A stretch of 64,000 nucleotides of DNA from an uncultured Chloroflexia bacterium (GTDB lineage Bacteria > Chloroflexota > Anaerolineae > B4-G1 > SLSP01): NCBI GenBank assembly GCA_963751345.1, contig CAVVUS010000040.1:1-64000 (forward strand). The letters are read 5' to 3'. The notes below the pieces were generated by a model that was not told the origin of the DNA, searched no databases, and worked only from the letters and a program-made list of their open reading frames with translations. Of this stretch, positions 27,380-39,644 are shown one piece after another. Within the stretch, counting starts at the first letter, position 1. The number at the start of each line of letters is the position of its first letter. The position numbers and the translations under genes were made by a program.

Positions 27380-29320
27380 ATGGGACAAACACTCGCCGAG
27401 AAGATCATCGCAGCCCATCTTGTCGAGGGGGACCCAGCCATGGTTCCCGGACACGAGATCGGCATCAGAATCGACCACACGCTAACGCAGGACGCTACAG
27501 GGACGATGGCCTGGCTGGAGTTTGAAGCGATGGGCATTGCAGCGGTGCGCACGGAGCGTTCGGTAAGCTACGTCGATCACAATATGATCCAGGCCGACTT
27601 CCGCAACGCCGACGACCACCGCTATCTTCAGACGGTGGCCGCTCGCTATGGGGCATACTTCTCCCGACCGGGAAACGGCATCTGTCACCAGGTGCAGTCA
27701 GAGCGCTTCAGCGTGCCCGGCAAGACGCTGTTGGGCTCGGATAGCCACACGCCCAACTCGGGCGGGCTGGGTACGCTGGCCATCGGTGCCGGCGGTCTGG
27801 ACGTGGCCGTGGCGATGGGTGGCGGGCTATTCTACACACCGATGCCTACCGTGGTCGGCGTCAAGTTGACCGGCGCGCTCCAGCCCTGGGTCACGGCAAA
27901 GGAAGTGATTCTGGAACTGCTGCGCCGCTTGACGGTCAAGGGCGGGGTCGGCAAGGTCATCGAGTATTTCGGCCCCGGCGTCGCGGGGCTGACCGTCGAC
28001 CAACGCACAACCATCTGCAATATGGGCGCCGAGCTTGGCGCGACATCGTCGATCTTTCCCAGCGACGAGCAGACGCGCCGCTATCTCGTCGGCCAAGGCC
28101 GCGAGGATGATTGGCAGCCCCTCAGTGCCGATCCCGATGCAATCTACGCAGAGACTATCGAGCTCGACCTCGGCGACCTGGAGCCGCTCATCGCGCTGCC
28201 CTCGATGCCCGACAAAGTTGTGCCGGTCAGGGACGTCGCCGGACTCCCCGTCGCCCAGGTCTGCGTGGGGTCGTGTGAGAACTCGTCGTACGAGGACCTT
28301 ATGACTGTGGCCGCTATCCTCAAGGGCCGGCAGGTACATCCCTCGCTCAGTATGACCGTCACGCCAGGCAGCAAACAGGTTTACGCGATGGTCGCCAAGA
28401 ACGGCGCCCTCGCAGATATGATCTCCGCCGGGGTGCGGGTGCTGGAATCCGCCTGCGGCCCGTGCCTCGGGATGGGCCAGGCCCCTGCCAGCGGGGTCGC
28501 CTCACTACGCTCGTTCAACCGCAACTTCAAAGGGCGCAGCGGCACGGCCGATGACTCCGTCTATCTCGCCAGCCCCGAGACGTGCGCCGTGACCGCGCTG
28601 ACCGGCATCATCACCGATCCACGCCACTGGGGTACGCCTCCTCAGGTCTCACCGCCCGCTGCCTACCTCGCCGACGACAACATGATCGTCCCGCCGGTAT
28701 CACCGGAGGCGGCTGCGCAGGTCGAGGTGATCCGCGGTCCGAACATCAAGCCCGTGCCGATCGGCAAGCCATTGCCCGATAGCCTTGAGGGCAAGGTCCT
28801 GATCAAGGTCGGCGACGACGTGACCACAGATCACATTATGCCCGCGGGGGCCGAGATCCTGCCGCTGCGATCGAACATCCCGGCCATAGCCGAGTATGTC
28901 TTCTACCGCGTGGACCGCCAGTTCGTGAAGCGCGCGAAGGATTGGGGGGGTGGCATCATCGTGGCCGGGGACAACTATGGCCAGGGATCCAGCCGGGAGC
29001 ACGCAGCGCTGGCGCCGATGTACCTTGGCGTCACCACCGTCATCGCCCGGTCCTTCTCGCGCATCCATTATGCTAACCTGATCAACGCTGGGATCGTGCC
29101 GCTGATACTGGATGATCCCAGCGACTATGACACGCTGGAGATGGGCGACGAGCTGGTGATCCCAGGGCTGCGCGAGGCCCTCGAGAACGGCAAGCCGGTC
29201 ACCGTCGAGAATCGCACCAAGGGCGTGACCTACACCGTCACCCCCGACTATTCGGACAGGGAGCTGGCCAATCTGCTGGCTGGCGGCCTGCTTGCCCACA
29301 TCCGGGCGACGGAGGCATAG
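27380..29320 (+). CDS. acn: aconitate hydratase (short anaerobe/Aquifex-type)
   Basis: TQDATG, SYVDHN, GICHQV, GSDSHT, GSCENSS, ACGPCLGMG, RSFNRNF.GR, TTDHIMPAG, GQGSSREHAA. Confidence 0.9.
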   Translation: MGQTLAEKIIAAHLVEGDPAMVPGHEIGIRIDHTLTQDATGTMAWLEFEAMGIAAVRTERSVSYVDHNMIQADFRNADDHRYLQTVAARYGAYFSRPGNGICHQVQSERFSVPGKTLLGSDSHTPNSGGLGTLAIGAGGLDVAVAMGGGLFYTPMPTVVGVKLTGALQPWVTAKEVILELLRRLTVKGGVGKVIEYFGPGVAGLTVDQRTTICNMGAELGATSSIFPSDEQTRRYLVGQGREDDWQPLSADPDAIYAETIELDLGDLEPLIALPSMPDKVVPVRDVAGLPVAQVCVGSCENSSYEDLMTVAAILKGRQVHPSLSMTVTPGSKQVYAMVAKNGALADMISAGVRVLESACGPCLGMGQAPASGVASLRSFNRNFKGRSGTADDSVYLASPETCAVTALTGIITDPRHWGTPPQVSPPAAYLADDNMIVPPVSPEAAAQVEVIRGPNIKPVPIGKPLPDSLEGKVLIKVGDDVTTDHIMPAGAEILPLRSNIPAIAEYVFYRVDRQFVKRAKDWGGGIIVAGDNYGQGSSREHAALAPMYLGVTTVIARSFSRIHYANLINAGIVPLILDDPSDYDTLEMGDELVIPGLREALENGKPVTVENRTKGVTYTVTPDYSDRELANLLAGGLLAHIRATEA

Positions 29321-29324
29321 ATAG

Positions 29325-30359
29325 ATGGCACAGACTATCTATCCGGTCACGCTCATACCCGGTGACGGCATCGGCCCGGAGGTCACAGGCGCCGCACGAC
29401 GCGTCCTCGAGGCCACAGGGGTGGCCTTCGCATGGGACGTTCAGGTTGCCGGCGCTGAGGTCGTCGAGACGGAGGGCACCCCTCTACCCGAGAGAGTCTT
29501 GGATTCGATCCGGACCAACGCCGTGGCCCTCAAGGGCCCTATCACCACGCCGGTGGGCTCAGGATTCCGCAGCGTCAACGTAGCGATACGGAAGGCGCTT
29601 GACCTCTACGCCAACATTCGTCCTGCCGTGACGATGCGCGGGCTACCAAGATCGCGACCAGACGTGGACCTGGTCGTCGTCCGTGAGAACACTGAGGGGC
29701 TTTACGTCGGCATCGAACACGAGGTCATCCCCAACGAGGCCGCCGAGGCCATTCGCATCATCACCCGTAGGGCAACTGAGCGCGTCGTCCGGTTCGCCTT
29801 CGAATATGCTCGCAGGAACCGGCGCCGCCAGGTCACGGCAGTGCATAAGGCGAACATCCTGAAGATCACGGACGGGCTTTTCCTGCGGGTCGCGCGCGAG
29901 GTGGCAGCGGATTACCCGGACATCGCCTTCAAGGATATGATCGTAGATGCTATGTGCATGCAGTTGGCACTCCAGCCGGAGGCCTACGATGTGCTCGTGC
30001 TTCCCAATCTCTTCGGCGACATCGTGAGTGATCTGGCTGCAGGGCTGGTGGGCGGACTCGGCGTCGTCCCCGGCGCCAACATCGGCGAGGACCTCGCGGT
30101 CTTCGAGCCGGTTCATGGGTCTGCCCCCGACATCGCCGGGCAGGACCTTGCCAATCCAACGGCAGCCATCCTCACCGGCGCCCTGATGCTGCGCCACCTG
30201 GGCGAACTGGAGGCGGCGGTGAGGGTTGAGGCCGCCATCGCTGCGGTCATCGCTGCCGGCGAGGTCGTCACGCCGGATCTCAAACCCGGGCGGCCCGAGG
30301 CCGTGGTCGTCGGCACCCAGGCATTCGCCAACGCGGTCATCCAGCAGTTGGAGAGATGA
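29325..30359 (+). CDS. icd: isocitrate/isopropylmalate dehydrogenase family, most likely NAD-dependent isocitrate dehydrogenase
   Basis: [60 protein letters not shown]; follows citrate synthase and aconitase. Confidence 0.8.
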   Translation: MAQTIYPVTLIPGDGIGPEVTGAARRVLEATGVAFAWDVQVAGAEVVETEGTPLPERVLDSIRTNAVALKGPITTPVGSGFRSVNVAIRKALDLYANIRPAVTMRGLPRSRPDVDLVVVRENTEGLYVGIEHEVIPNEAAEAIRIITRRATERVVRFAFEYARRNRRRQVTAVHKANILKITDGLFLRVAREVAADYPDIAFKDMIVDAMCMQLALQPEAYDVLVLPNLFGDIVSDLAAGLVGGLGVVPGANIGEDLAVFEPVHGSAPDIAGQDLANPTAAILTGALMLRHLGELEAAVRVEAAIAAVIAAGEVVTPDLKPGRPEAVVVGTQAFANAVIQQLER

Positions 30360-30363
30360 ACTT

Positions 30364-31846
<1,483 letters not shown>

Positions 31847-31862
31847 GGAGCGGTTAGCACAG

Positions 31863-31910
31863 CCAGGCGTCAGGAGAGAGCATCCGCTTGTTTCCGACGC
31901 CTGGTCTTTT
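31863..31910 (+). terminator. probable terminator after guaB
   Basis: CCAGGCGTC ... GACGCCTGG stem followed by TCTTTT; lies between convergent genes. Confidence 0.5.
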
Positions 31911-31940
31911 GATCCAAGCTGCTTACGATGGCACGGCGGG

Positions 31941-34307
31941 TTAGGGAGTATAGGGCGTTGTCATCAACACGACGGGCAAATACACCTGCAGCGGGTTGAC
32001 CAACGCCACCGCCTCCACCGTACGCGGAACACTCACGCGATCATCCAGCAGCGCTGTATTTCGGACCGCCAGCGGCCCCGTTACTTGGTCCGACACCCGC
32101 AGTTGGTACGTCAGCGTTACCGGCTCGCTCTTCATCACCGTCCCGGTCCACGTGATCACGTTCCCGCTGTGACTTGGCGTGCCGGACGAAGCCCACAACG
32201 AGCCATCCACGTAGTCGGTCATCGCCGGCAGCGTGTCCGCCACCAAGACGCCGGGTAACGCCGCAGTACCGGAGGTCACCAACGTGAGCTGGTAGCTCAA
32301 TGGATCACCAGGCAGTGCGAGTGAGGGAGTCACCCACTTCGATGACCCGGTGAGCCCCAACCACAACTCGTCCGCACCGATGTCGAAGCGCGAGATGCCG
32401 TCTCCATTACCGTCGACGGGCCGAGGTTCGCCCTCGAAGTCGTGATCCGGCACGAAGGTGTCATCACCGGCGTCGATCAGGGCCGAATCCGGTCTGAGAT
32501 GGAAGTCACCTGTGCTGGCATCGACGAACCCGGGATTGATGGACAGGTCATGCACACCAGGCGCGATCCCCGCGTAGTCGGTCTCGTTGTCCCATAGATC
32601 GTTGTAGTCGAAGGCGACACCACTTGTGTCCCTCACATGGATCCCCACGCCATGCTCAACTAGGGCATTGTTCCCTGCCCACACAATCGCGCTGTTTCGG
32701 ATCGCCATCCCTGCAGCGACTCCGACCCTGCCGCCATTGGCGCCCTCAACGCCCGCAACCGTCCGGTAGAAGGTGTTGTTGAGCGCCCGAACATGGCCTC
32801 CTAGAACCTCCAAAGCTATGGCGTTTCCCCCGTCAGAGGTCTGAAATCCGCCGCCACCCGCTAACGACCAAACCACGTTGTTGGACACTGTGCCCAGCGT
32901 GACAGAGGTGAGTCTGATGCCGTCGACGCTCCCTCCCCTAATGTCCTTCCACCAGCCGCCGTGGGAGAGTTGCCGGTAGCCATCGCCGCCTCGCAGGTTC
33001 GTGACGACGCTGGCATCGATATCCAAAACATCGACGGAAGTAGCATCAATGCCAACCACTTCCGTCCAACCACTAAGATCGCGAACGGCGTTGCCGGTTA
33101 TGCTGACATCACTGCTCGACGTCACAGAGATGCCCTGAAGCGTGCCACTCGAGGTGCGACGAACCGAGTGCAGACCTTCCAACACGGTGTCCACGATCCT
33201 GACGACGGCATCCCCTTCAGACGCGATACCAACGATATGACCGGCGTTACTCAATGACAGTGAAGTGATGACATTCCGCTCCAGATAGGTGTCGGCGGTC
33301 CCAGACGTATGAATGCCATACACCGGTCCTATGTCCGCAGAGACGGCAGCGACCTGGTTGTCCAACGCAGTGACTGTGCCGCCCGCTGCTTCGACTCCTG
33401 TCACACCACCAGAACCCCACGAACCAACACAATCTGGGGATAGTCGCTCCACAAGATCGGTGATTTCCGAGAATCTGACAACCAGGTCCGTGTCACCCTC
33501 CGCGCGAATGCCGACCGCAGCACCAGCTCCCTCGCATATGTTCGAGAGGCCAGGCCCCACCTCTGGTGTATAACCCGAGTAGCCGCCGGTGATCCGCGAG
33601 ATCGTCGTCCGACTGATCACAACCGAACCGGTACCATCTACGTAAACGCCGAAGCCAGCGCCTCCCTTTCCCACTGGCGAGTCCAAGATGCCGCCAGCCC
33701 CATCCCCTCCCTTGATGTTGTGGATCTGAACCTCCGTCAGTTCGAGGACACCTTCGCCCGTGAATCGCACTCCTATAGCCGCACGACCACTTGCCTCGAC
33801 TTCATTGCCATCAGCCCCCACAATGTCACCGACGATGCAATCGTTGATCGCGAGGTCACTGTCGAGCAGGTCGATCCCGACCGTCGCGCTCGTCGGCGAC
33901 GTAGCGCTGTTCACGGTGAACCCTACGAGCGTCGCAGAGGTCACGCCGATGGCCGTGATAGCTGGGCTTGCGGGTGACCGTATTGCTGTCAGATCCGGAC
34001 CTTCGACCGATGTCAGGTTCACGTCGCTTTTCAGGGTCACCTGCTCTGAATAAGTGCCCGAGGAGACCAGCACGGTGTCGCCCGAAGCCGCGGCATCGAT
34101 ACCGTCCTGGATGGTAGCATAGTCACAGGTCGGTGGCCCTTCCGGGCACACCACGATCGTGCCCTCCGGCGCAGCTGCCGCCACCCACACCAGGAGGAAC
34201 GCCAACAGCCCCGCTGAGATCACACCCGTCAGCGCGATTCGGTGGAGGGCATATCGGCGTACAGCTATTAACACTTCGCCGGAACTTCGAGGAATTCGCA
34301 CGATCAT
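31941..34307 (-). CDS. secreted beta-helix (pectin-lyase-like) protein with anchor-Q-like region, DUF11-like domain and C-terminal YLP motif
   Basis: Hydrophobic signal ending VAAAA, YATIQDGIDAA..GDTVLV..GTY.E, Gly-rich beta-helix repeats, PGFVD...GDFHLRPDSALIDAG, DIGADE, VYLPVVL at the C-terminus. Confidence 0.75.
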   Translation of the reverse strand: MIVRIPRSSGEVLIAVRRYALHRIALTGVISAGLLAFLLVWVAAAAPEGTIVVCPEGPPTCDYATIQDGIDAAASGDTVLVSSGTYSEQVTLKSDVNLTSVEGPDLTAIRSPASPAITAIGVTSATLVGFTVNSATSPTSATVGIDLLDSDLAINDCIVGDIVGADGNEVEASGRAAIGVRFTGEGVLELTEVQIHNIKGGDGAGGILDSPVGKGGAGFGVYVDGTGSVVISRTTISRITGGYSGYTPEVGPGLSNICEGAGAAVGIRAEGDTDLVVRFSEITDLVERLSPDCVGSWGSGGVTGVEAAGGTVTALDNQVAAVSADIGPVYGIHTSGTADTYLERNVITSLSLSNAGHIVGIASEGDAVVRIVDTVLEGLHSVRRTSSGTLQGISVTSSSDVSITGNAVRDLSGWTEVVGIDATSVDVLDIDASVVTNLRGGDGYRQLSHGGWWKDIRGGSVDGIRLTSVTLGTVSNNVVWSLAGGGGFQTSDGGNAIALEVLGGHVRALNNTFYRTVAGVEGANGGRVGVAAGMAIRNSAIVWAGNNALVEHGVGIHVRDTSGVAFDYNDLWDNETDYAGIAPGVHDLSINPGFVDASTGDFHLRPDSALIDAGDDTFVPDHDFEGEPRPVDGNGDGISRFDIGADELWLGLTGSSKWVTPSLALPGDPLSYQLTLVTSGTAALPGVLVADTLPAMTDYVDGSLWASSGTPSHSGNVITWTGTVMKSEPVTLTYQLRVSDQVTGPLAVRNTALLDDRVSVPRTVEAVALVNPLQVYLPVVLMTTPYTP

Positions 34308-34392
34308 CTCCTTTAGACGCTACGTATCCGAATATGGCTCTGGAGGACCCGCAGCTGCCCACCCACATCGCAGCTACTATCCCGCAGGCATC

Positions 34393-34421
34393 ATGATATG
34401 ATCCAGACGCAGAAGTGTCAA
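34393..34421 (-). promoter_or_regulatory. sigma70-type promoter for the secreted protein
   Basis: Minus strand TTGACA (34421-34416), 17-nt spacer, TATCAT (34398-34393). Confidence 0.6.
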
Positions 34422-34531
34422 ATACGTCTAGCATCACAGCGGATTCCCCGTATGAACCCAGTTGGAGGCTCTGAGGCACTCGACGCTATGTATCGCGTCG
34501 GTGAACCGATGAAGGAATCGGTGGAAAGTTA

Positions 34532-35565
34532 CTACGGGCCCTTATCTCCCAGCAACCCGTGCCGTACCAACGCCGCTTCTGAGACGCCGGCTCCACGGCC
34601 GCGCGAATCGCGGGGTTGGCGTATCCCACCCACCCAACGTCCGGCGCCACGTCCAGCAGCGCGTCGAGCGCGCCCCCCGTCCGGCGCGGTGATCACAACG
34701 CCCAGCTCCTCCGCAATCAGCGCGGTGCAGATGTCGTAGGGATGGCAGCAGAGGCCCAGCGCCAAGCCCTTGGCGGCGAGCAGGGGCTCGGTCAGGGGCC
34801 GGAGGTCGGCCACGAAACGATCGTGGCCCGCCATCAACTCGTAGAGCTGCCCGCCCGTCGAGATGTATTGGTCCTCGAAGCAGAGCGCCTTGCCACGCTG
34901 GACAGGTCCCAGGACCTGGGCGACCACCTCATCGTCCACCGCGGCAAGCACCTCCCTCGCGCCCGGGAAGAAGCGAGCAACCGTAGCGAAGCCGTGGGCG
35001 ATCGACGTCGCGCGCGAGGGCTGTAGCGTGAGAGCCAACCGTTCCCCGGTCAGTCTGTTCAGTCGCTCGGCCTGAACACCCTCACCCCGCACGGCCCACA
35101 CCTGGTCCGTCAGATGCTGCTTGACCAGCGGCACCTCGGTCTGGACGGCAAAGGCGATGTCCTGCAACGATGTCGCCGCGCCTCGATTGAGCGCGACGCC
35201 GGTCAGGATCCAGGCGCTGCGCTTCTGATACATGAGGCCGCGGGTACCGTCGATAGGGTCGACGATCACGCGCCAGACGGCATCGGCCTCGTCGGTGCCG
35301 CGGGGCAGGACGACCTTTCCGCCGTCCGGCAGCCCTTCGGCAATCAGCACCAACGGCGCCAGCGGTGCGACGTCGGCCTCGAACGCCCGAATCAGTTCCT
35401 CTTCGCTGATGCGGTCAATCGCATAGATCGTGTCGCCTTCTTCGTCGTGCGCGATCTCCGAGAGCTCGTGGACCGCCGACGCCTCGGTCGCGGCGACCAC
35501 GGCGTCGCGCATCCGGTCGTGGATGCGTCCAGGATCGGCCGGATCAGGGTGTGTACGTCGGGCAT
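34532..35565 (-). CDS. inositol monophosphatase-like (FIG superfamily) protein, frameshifted near both ends
   Basis: [27 protein letters not shown] motifs; ATG 35565 (MPDVHTL) has a GGAGG SD but is in another frame. Confidence 0.7.
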
Positions 35566-35588
35566 TGTGTATCCTCCACCATCGATAT

Positions 35589-35622
35589 AGTTGCCGGGGA
35601 CTGCGGAAAGTCCCCGGCAACT
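35589..35622. repeat. perfect 14-bp palindrome (REP-like, related to family B)
   Basis: AGTTGCCGGGGACT / AGTCCCCGGCAACT with 6-nt loop. Confidence 0.7.
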
Positions 35623-35660
35623 TGAAGACAAAGCTTCCGCGGCCGCGAGTTCTACGCCTC

Positions 35661-35709
35661 AGGTGCCAGGCACTCGCGCCTCGGAAGGCGTCGAAAGTGC
35701 CAGGCACCT
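35661..35709. repeat. REP-like inverted pair, family B, copy 1
   Basis: AGGTGCCAGGCACT ... AGTGCCAGGCACCT; each arm is itself palindromic (GTGCC-N-GGCAC). Confidence 0.75.
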
Positions 35710-35722
35710 ATATCGCCTTTTC

Positions 35723-35750
35723 TTGACATGACCCTAGCAGGATATAAGAT
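35723..35750 (+). promoter_or_regulatory. sigma70-type promoter for kdgK-eda
   Basis: TTGACA (35723-35728), 16-nt spacer, TAAGAT (35745-35750). Confidence 0.65.
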
Positions 35751-35795
35751 GGGTCTGCCGCTGTCAAACCACCTAGCACACACAAGGAGTGAGCT

Positions 35796-36827
35796 ATGAA
35801 GAAAGTAGTCACCTTCGGTGAGATTATGCTGCGACTTGCGCCACCCAACTTCCTCCGGTTTGTCCAGGCCCGGAGCTTTGACGTCATCTATGGGGGGGGC
35901 GAGGCCAACGTCGCCGTGTCGGCGGCCAACTTCGGCCTGCCCGTCGAGTATGTCACACGCCTGCCCAAGAACGACATCGGCGATGCCTGCCTCAACTACA
36001 TCCGCCAGTTTGGTGTCGACACGCACTACATCGTTCGTGGCGGCGATCGCCTGGGCATCTACTTTCTCGAGACCGGCGCAGTGCAGCGTGGCAGCAAGGT
36101 CATCTACGACCGCGCGGGCTCGTCATTGGCGACGATTGAGCCCGGGATGGTCGACTGGGACGCGGCCTTCGAGGGCGCCGGATGGTTCCACTGGACCGGG
36201 ATCACGCCCGCGATCTCCGAGGGCGCTGCAGCCGTCTGCCTGGAGGCCGTCAAGGCCGCCAAGAAGGCAGGGCTCACGGTCTCGTGTGACCTCAACTACC
36301 GCAGCAAGCTGTGGAAGTGGGGAAAGAAGCCGGGCGAGGTGATGGAGGAGCTTGTCGCCCACAGTGACGTCGCTATCGGCAACGAGGAGGACGCGGACAA
36401 GGTCTTCGGCATCCGCGCGTCCGAGGTCGACGTGACCAAGGGCAACGTCGAGGCCGAGGCTTACGTTTACGTCTGCAACAAGCTCAAGGAGCGCTTCCCG
36501 AACCTCCAGACCATTGCCATCACGCTGCGCGGGTCTCTCTCCGCGAGCCACAACACTTGGAGCGCAATCCTCTGGGACAACGGCGAGGTCTTCACGGCGC
36601 CCACTTACGACATCACCCACATCGTCGACCGGGTCGGCGGCGGGGACAGCTTCATGGGTGGCCTGATCTACGGGCTGCTCACCTATGAGAGCAAGCAGAG
36701 CGCCATCGACTTCGCAGTAGCGGCTTCCGCGCTCAAACACACCATCGTGGGCGACTTCAACCTGGTGAGCGTGGCCGAGGTGGAGAAGCTGATGGGCGGC
36801 GACGCGTCGGGACGCGTCAGTAGATAA
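35796..36827 (+). CDS. kdgK: 2-keto-3-deoxygluconate kinase (PfkB family)
   Basis: FGEIMLRL, GGGEANVA, RLGIYFLE.G, YDR, DLNYRSKLW, DRVGGGDSF; adjacent to eda. Confidence 0.88.
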   Translation: MKKVVTFGEIMLRLAPPNFLRFVQARSFDVIYGGGEANVAVSAANFGLPVEYVTRLPKNDIGDACLNYIRQFGVDTHYIVRGGDRLGIYFLETGAVQRGSKVIYDRAGSSLATIEPGMVDWDAAFEGAGWFHWTGITPAISEGAAAVCLEAVKAAKKAGLTVSCDLNYRSKLWKWGKKPGEVMEELVAHSDVAIGNEEDADKVFGIRASEVDVTKGNVEAEAYVYVCNKLKERFPNLQTIAITLRGSLSASHNTWSAILWDNGEVFTAPTYDITHIVDRVGGGDSFMGGLIYGLLTYESKQSAIDFAVAASALKHTIVGDFNLVSVAEVEKLMGGDASGRVSR

Positions 36828-36878
36828 GGATTAGCACACCTGATGAGTGAGGCCCGCAAGGGTCCAAGGAGGTACAGC

Positions 36879-37553
36879 ATGGCTCGTTTCGACCGCTTGA
36901 CCGTATTGACGACGATGATCGACGTGGGGCTGGTCCCACTCTTCTACCACGACGACGTCGAGATCTGCAAGAAGGTGATTCACGCGCTCGCCGAGGGCGG
37001 CGCCCGCGTCGTCGAGTTCACCAACCGGGGCGACCTCGCGATGGAGGTCTTCAAGGAATTGGTGCCCTACTTCGCCAAGGCGGCGCCCCAGGTGATCATG
37101 GGAGTCGGCTCGATCGTCGACGCGCCCACCGCGGGGATCGCGATGTCCTACGGCGCCAACTTCGTCGTGGGGCCGATGCTCCACGCCGACGTCGCCAAGG
37201 TCTGCAACCGCCGCAAGGTGCCCTACATGCCCGGCTGCGGCACCGTCAGTGAGATCTCTGCCGCTGAGGAGCTGGGCTGCGAGATCTGCAAGGTCTTCCC
37301 CGGCACCCAGGTCGGCGGGCCGGGCTTCATCAAGGCCGTCGCCGCGCCGATGCCGTGGAGCAAGCTGATGCCCACGGGCGGCGTCTCTCTGGAGGAGGAT
37401 AACATCAAGGGCTGGATCTCCAACGGCGCCGTCTGCGTCGGCATGGGCAGCAAGCTGGTCCGCAAGGACTGGATCGCGGCGGGTGACTATGCCAAGATGA
37501 CCGAAGGCGTTCGCCAGGCCCTCCAGTGGATCCGCGAGGCGCGCGGAAAGTAA
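36879..37553 (+). CDS. eda: KDPG/KHG aldolase
   Basis: EFTNRG, GVGSIVD, GANFVV, PGCGTVSEI, KVFPG, MPTGGV, VGMGSKL. Confidence 0.88.
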   Translation: MARFDRLTVLTTMIDVGLVPLFYHDDVEICKKVIHALAEGGARVVEFTNRGDLAMEVFKELVPYFAKAAPQVIMGVGSIVDAPTAGIAMSYGANFVVGPMLHADVAKVCNRRKVPYMPGCGTVSEISAAEELGCEICKVFPGTQVGGPGFIKAVAAPMPWSKLMPTGGVSLEEDNIKGWISNGAVCVGMGSKLVRKDWIAAGDYAKMTEGVRQALQWIREARGK

Positions 37554-37584
37554 CAGATTTCCGGGCGAGGTGACGGGACTATCT

Positions 37585-38654
37585 ATGGACACTATGACAA
37601 GCCACGAGCGCTTTGCGCGTATGTACGCGCACCGGGAGGCCGACCGCGTGCCTGTGATCGATTCACCGTGGGGTGCGACGATCGAGCGATGGCACCGCGA
37701 GGGCATGCCCGAGGACACGAACTTCGTCGATTTCTTCGACCTCGACAAGATGGCGCACATCGGCGTCGACAACAGCCCCCGCTACCCCGCCAAGGTGGTC
37801 GAGGAGACCGACGAATACGTGATCACCACGACGGGCTGGGGCGCGACGCTCAAGAACTGGAAACACATCGCCTCGACCCCCGAGTTCCTCGATTTCAAGA
37901 TCGACGGACCGGATGCCTGGCAGGAAGCCAAAGCGCGCATGACCCCCACCCCGGATCGCATACCGTGGGACCACCTCAAGGCGAATTACCCCACCTGGAA
38001 AAGGGAGGGGCACTGGATCGTCGGGGGGCTCTGGTTCGGCTTTGACGTCACGCACTCGTGGACCGTCGGCACCGAGCGGCTGCTGATGGCCTTGCTGGAC
38101 AATCCCGAGTGGTGCGTCGATATGTTCAACCACTTCCTCGACGTCAACATCGCGCTGCTCGACCAGGTATGGGACGCCGGTTACACCTTTGACGAGGTCA
38201 ACTGGCCGGACGATATGGGCTACAAACAGAACCAGTTCTTCTCGCTGCGAACCTACCGCAAGCTGCTCAAGCCCGTGCACAAGCGGGCCGTCGACTGGGC
38301 ACACGCCAAGGGTGTGAAGGTCCGCCTCCACTCGTGCGGCGACGTCCGCCCGTTCATTCCCGAGCTCGTGGAGATCGGCGTCGACGCGCTGAATCCGCTG
38401 GAGGTCAAGGCCGGGATGGATCCCGTCGCGATCAAACGGGAGTTCGGCGACCGGCTCGTCCTCCACGGAGGGATCAATGCCGTGCTGTGGGACGACAGGA
38501 GGCGATCGAGGCCGAGATGCGCCGGGTCATCCCAGTGGTCAAGGAGCAAGGGGGCTACATCTTCTCATCCGACCACTCGGTACCATCGGACGTGAGCCTG
38601 GAGAACTTCCGCACCATCGTGGAGCTCGCCAAGGAGCTGGGAAGCTACGACTAG
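37585..38654 (+). CDS. URO-D/MtaA-CmuA family protein, frameshift near 38495
   Basis: MTSHER....[35 protein letters not shown]; the C-terminal [12 protein letters not shown] is in a second frame. Confidence 0.82.
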
Positions 38655-39475
38655 ACGGTGACACAAGTCAAGTGCCCGGCACCTTTCAAGCGTGCCGGGC
38701 ACTCTGGGAGAAAAAGCCTCTGAGACGCTACGCCTGCGGTGCCAGCGACCTCGGCAGCCACCGCGGCACCGACGATCCCGGCCTCGTTCAGGAGCTGCGC
38801 CGGAACCACCTCGGCCTCGACGGTGAGGATCTCAGCGAACTTCGACATCTTCTGACTGGCCCCACCACCCAAAATAAAGAGATCCGGCCAGAACAGCGCC
38901 TCAATGCGCTGCAGATAGCGGTTGAAACGTTTCGCCCAGTCGCGCCACTTGAGCGAGTCACGCTTGCGTGCCGCATCAGACGCCTGCCATTCCGCCTCCA
39001 GGCCGTCCATCTCGATGTGTCCTAACTCCGTATTGGGGACGAGCACACCGTCGGTAAAGAGCGCCGTGCCGAGGCCCGTGCCGATGGTAATGATGAACAC
39101 GACACCGTCGCGCCCGCGCCCGGCGCCGAAGCGCATTTCAGCAATCCCGGCAACGTCGGCATCGTTGAGCACGCGCACAGGACAACCCGTGGCCTCTGCA
39201 AAGATCCCGGCAGCATCTGTGCCGATCCAGGACCGATCAACGTTGGCCGCGGTCCGTGCCACACCGTGCTGGATGACCGCAGGGAATCCTGCGCCAACGA
39301 GACCGTTCCAGTCGAAGTGCTTCGCGACCTCGCCGACGACCCCGGCAACATCCGCCGGTTTTGCGCCGTCAGGGGTCACTATGCGATATCGCTCGCCGAT
39401 CATCTCGCCCTTCTCAGTGTCGACAGGCGCACCCTTGATGCCGGAGCCGCCTATATCTATTCCCAGGATCTCCAC
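38651..39475 (-). CDS. ppgK: polyphosphate glucokinase (ROK family)
   Basis: [58 protein letters not shown]. The 3' end reads through a REP and may be over-extended. Confidence 0.85.
   Translation of the reverse strand: MEILGIDIGGSGIKGAPVDTEKGEMIGERYRIVTPDGAKPADVAGVVGEVAKHFDWNGLVGAGFPAVIQHGVARTAANVDRSWIGTDAAGIFAEATGCPVRVLNDADVAGIAEMRFGAGRGRDGVVFIITIGTGLGTALFTDGVLVPNTELGHIEMDGLEAEWQASDAARKRDSLKWRDWAKRFNRYLQRIEALFWPDLFILGGGASQKMSKFAEILTVEAEVVPAQLLNEAGIVGAAVAAEVAGTAGVASQRLFLPECPARLKGAGHLTCVTV
38671..38703. repeat. REP-like inverted pair, family B, copy 2
   Basis: AGTGCCCGGCAC ... GTGCCGGGCACT, a perfect 12-bp inverted repeat. Confidence 0.7.
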
Positions 39476-39582
39476 GCACTTGCCTCCTTCTGGGTCCATG
39501 ATGGCTCGACGTCCGCCGATTGGCGTCGACATCAGCATGTAACCCGTGTCGAGCCCAGTATATTCAACGAGACCACCAAGTC

Positions 39583-39618
39583 AAAAAAGACCCCCCGAGT
39601 CAGCGACCCGGGGGGTTT
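39583..39618 (-). terminator. intrinsic terminator after the RRM gene
   Basis: GACCCCCCG / CGGGGGGTT stem with an A6 tract (U-tail on the minus strand). Confidence 0.75.
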
Positions 39619-39644
39619 GTGCACACCTGAGAAAGGACGTGAGA

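Noticed and set aside
26206-30359. leuA-leuCD-leuB or homocitrate pathway
   Set aside because: The synthase has the Si-citrate synthase fold and motifs, and the dehydrogenase has the TTP..SxNV isocitrate-type signature.
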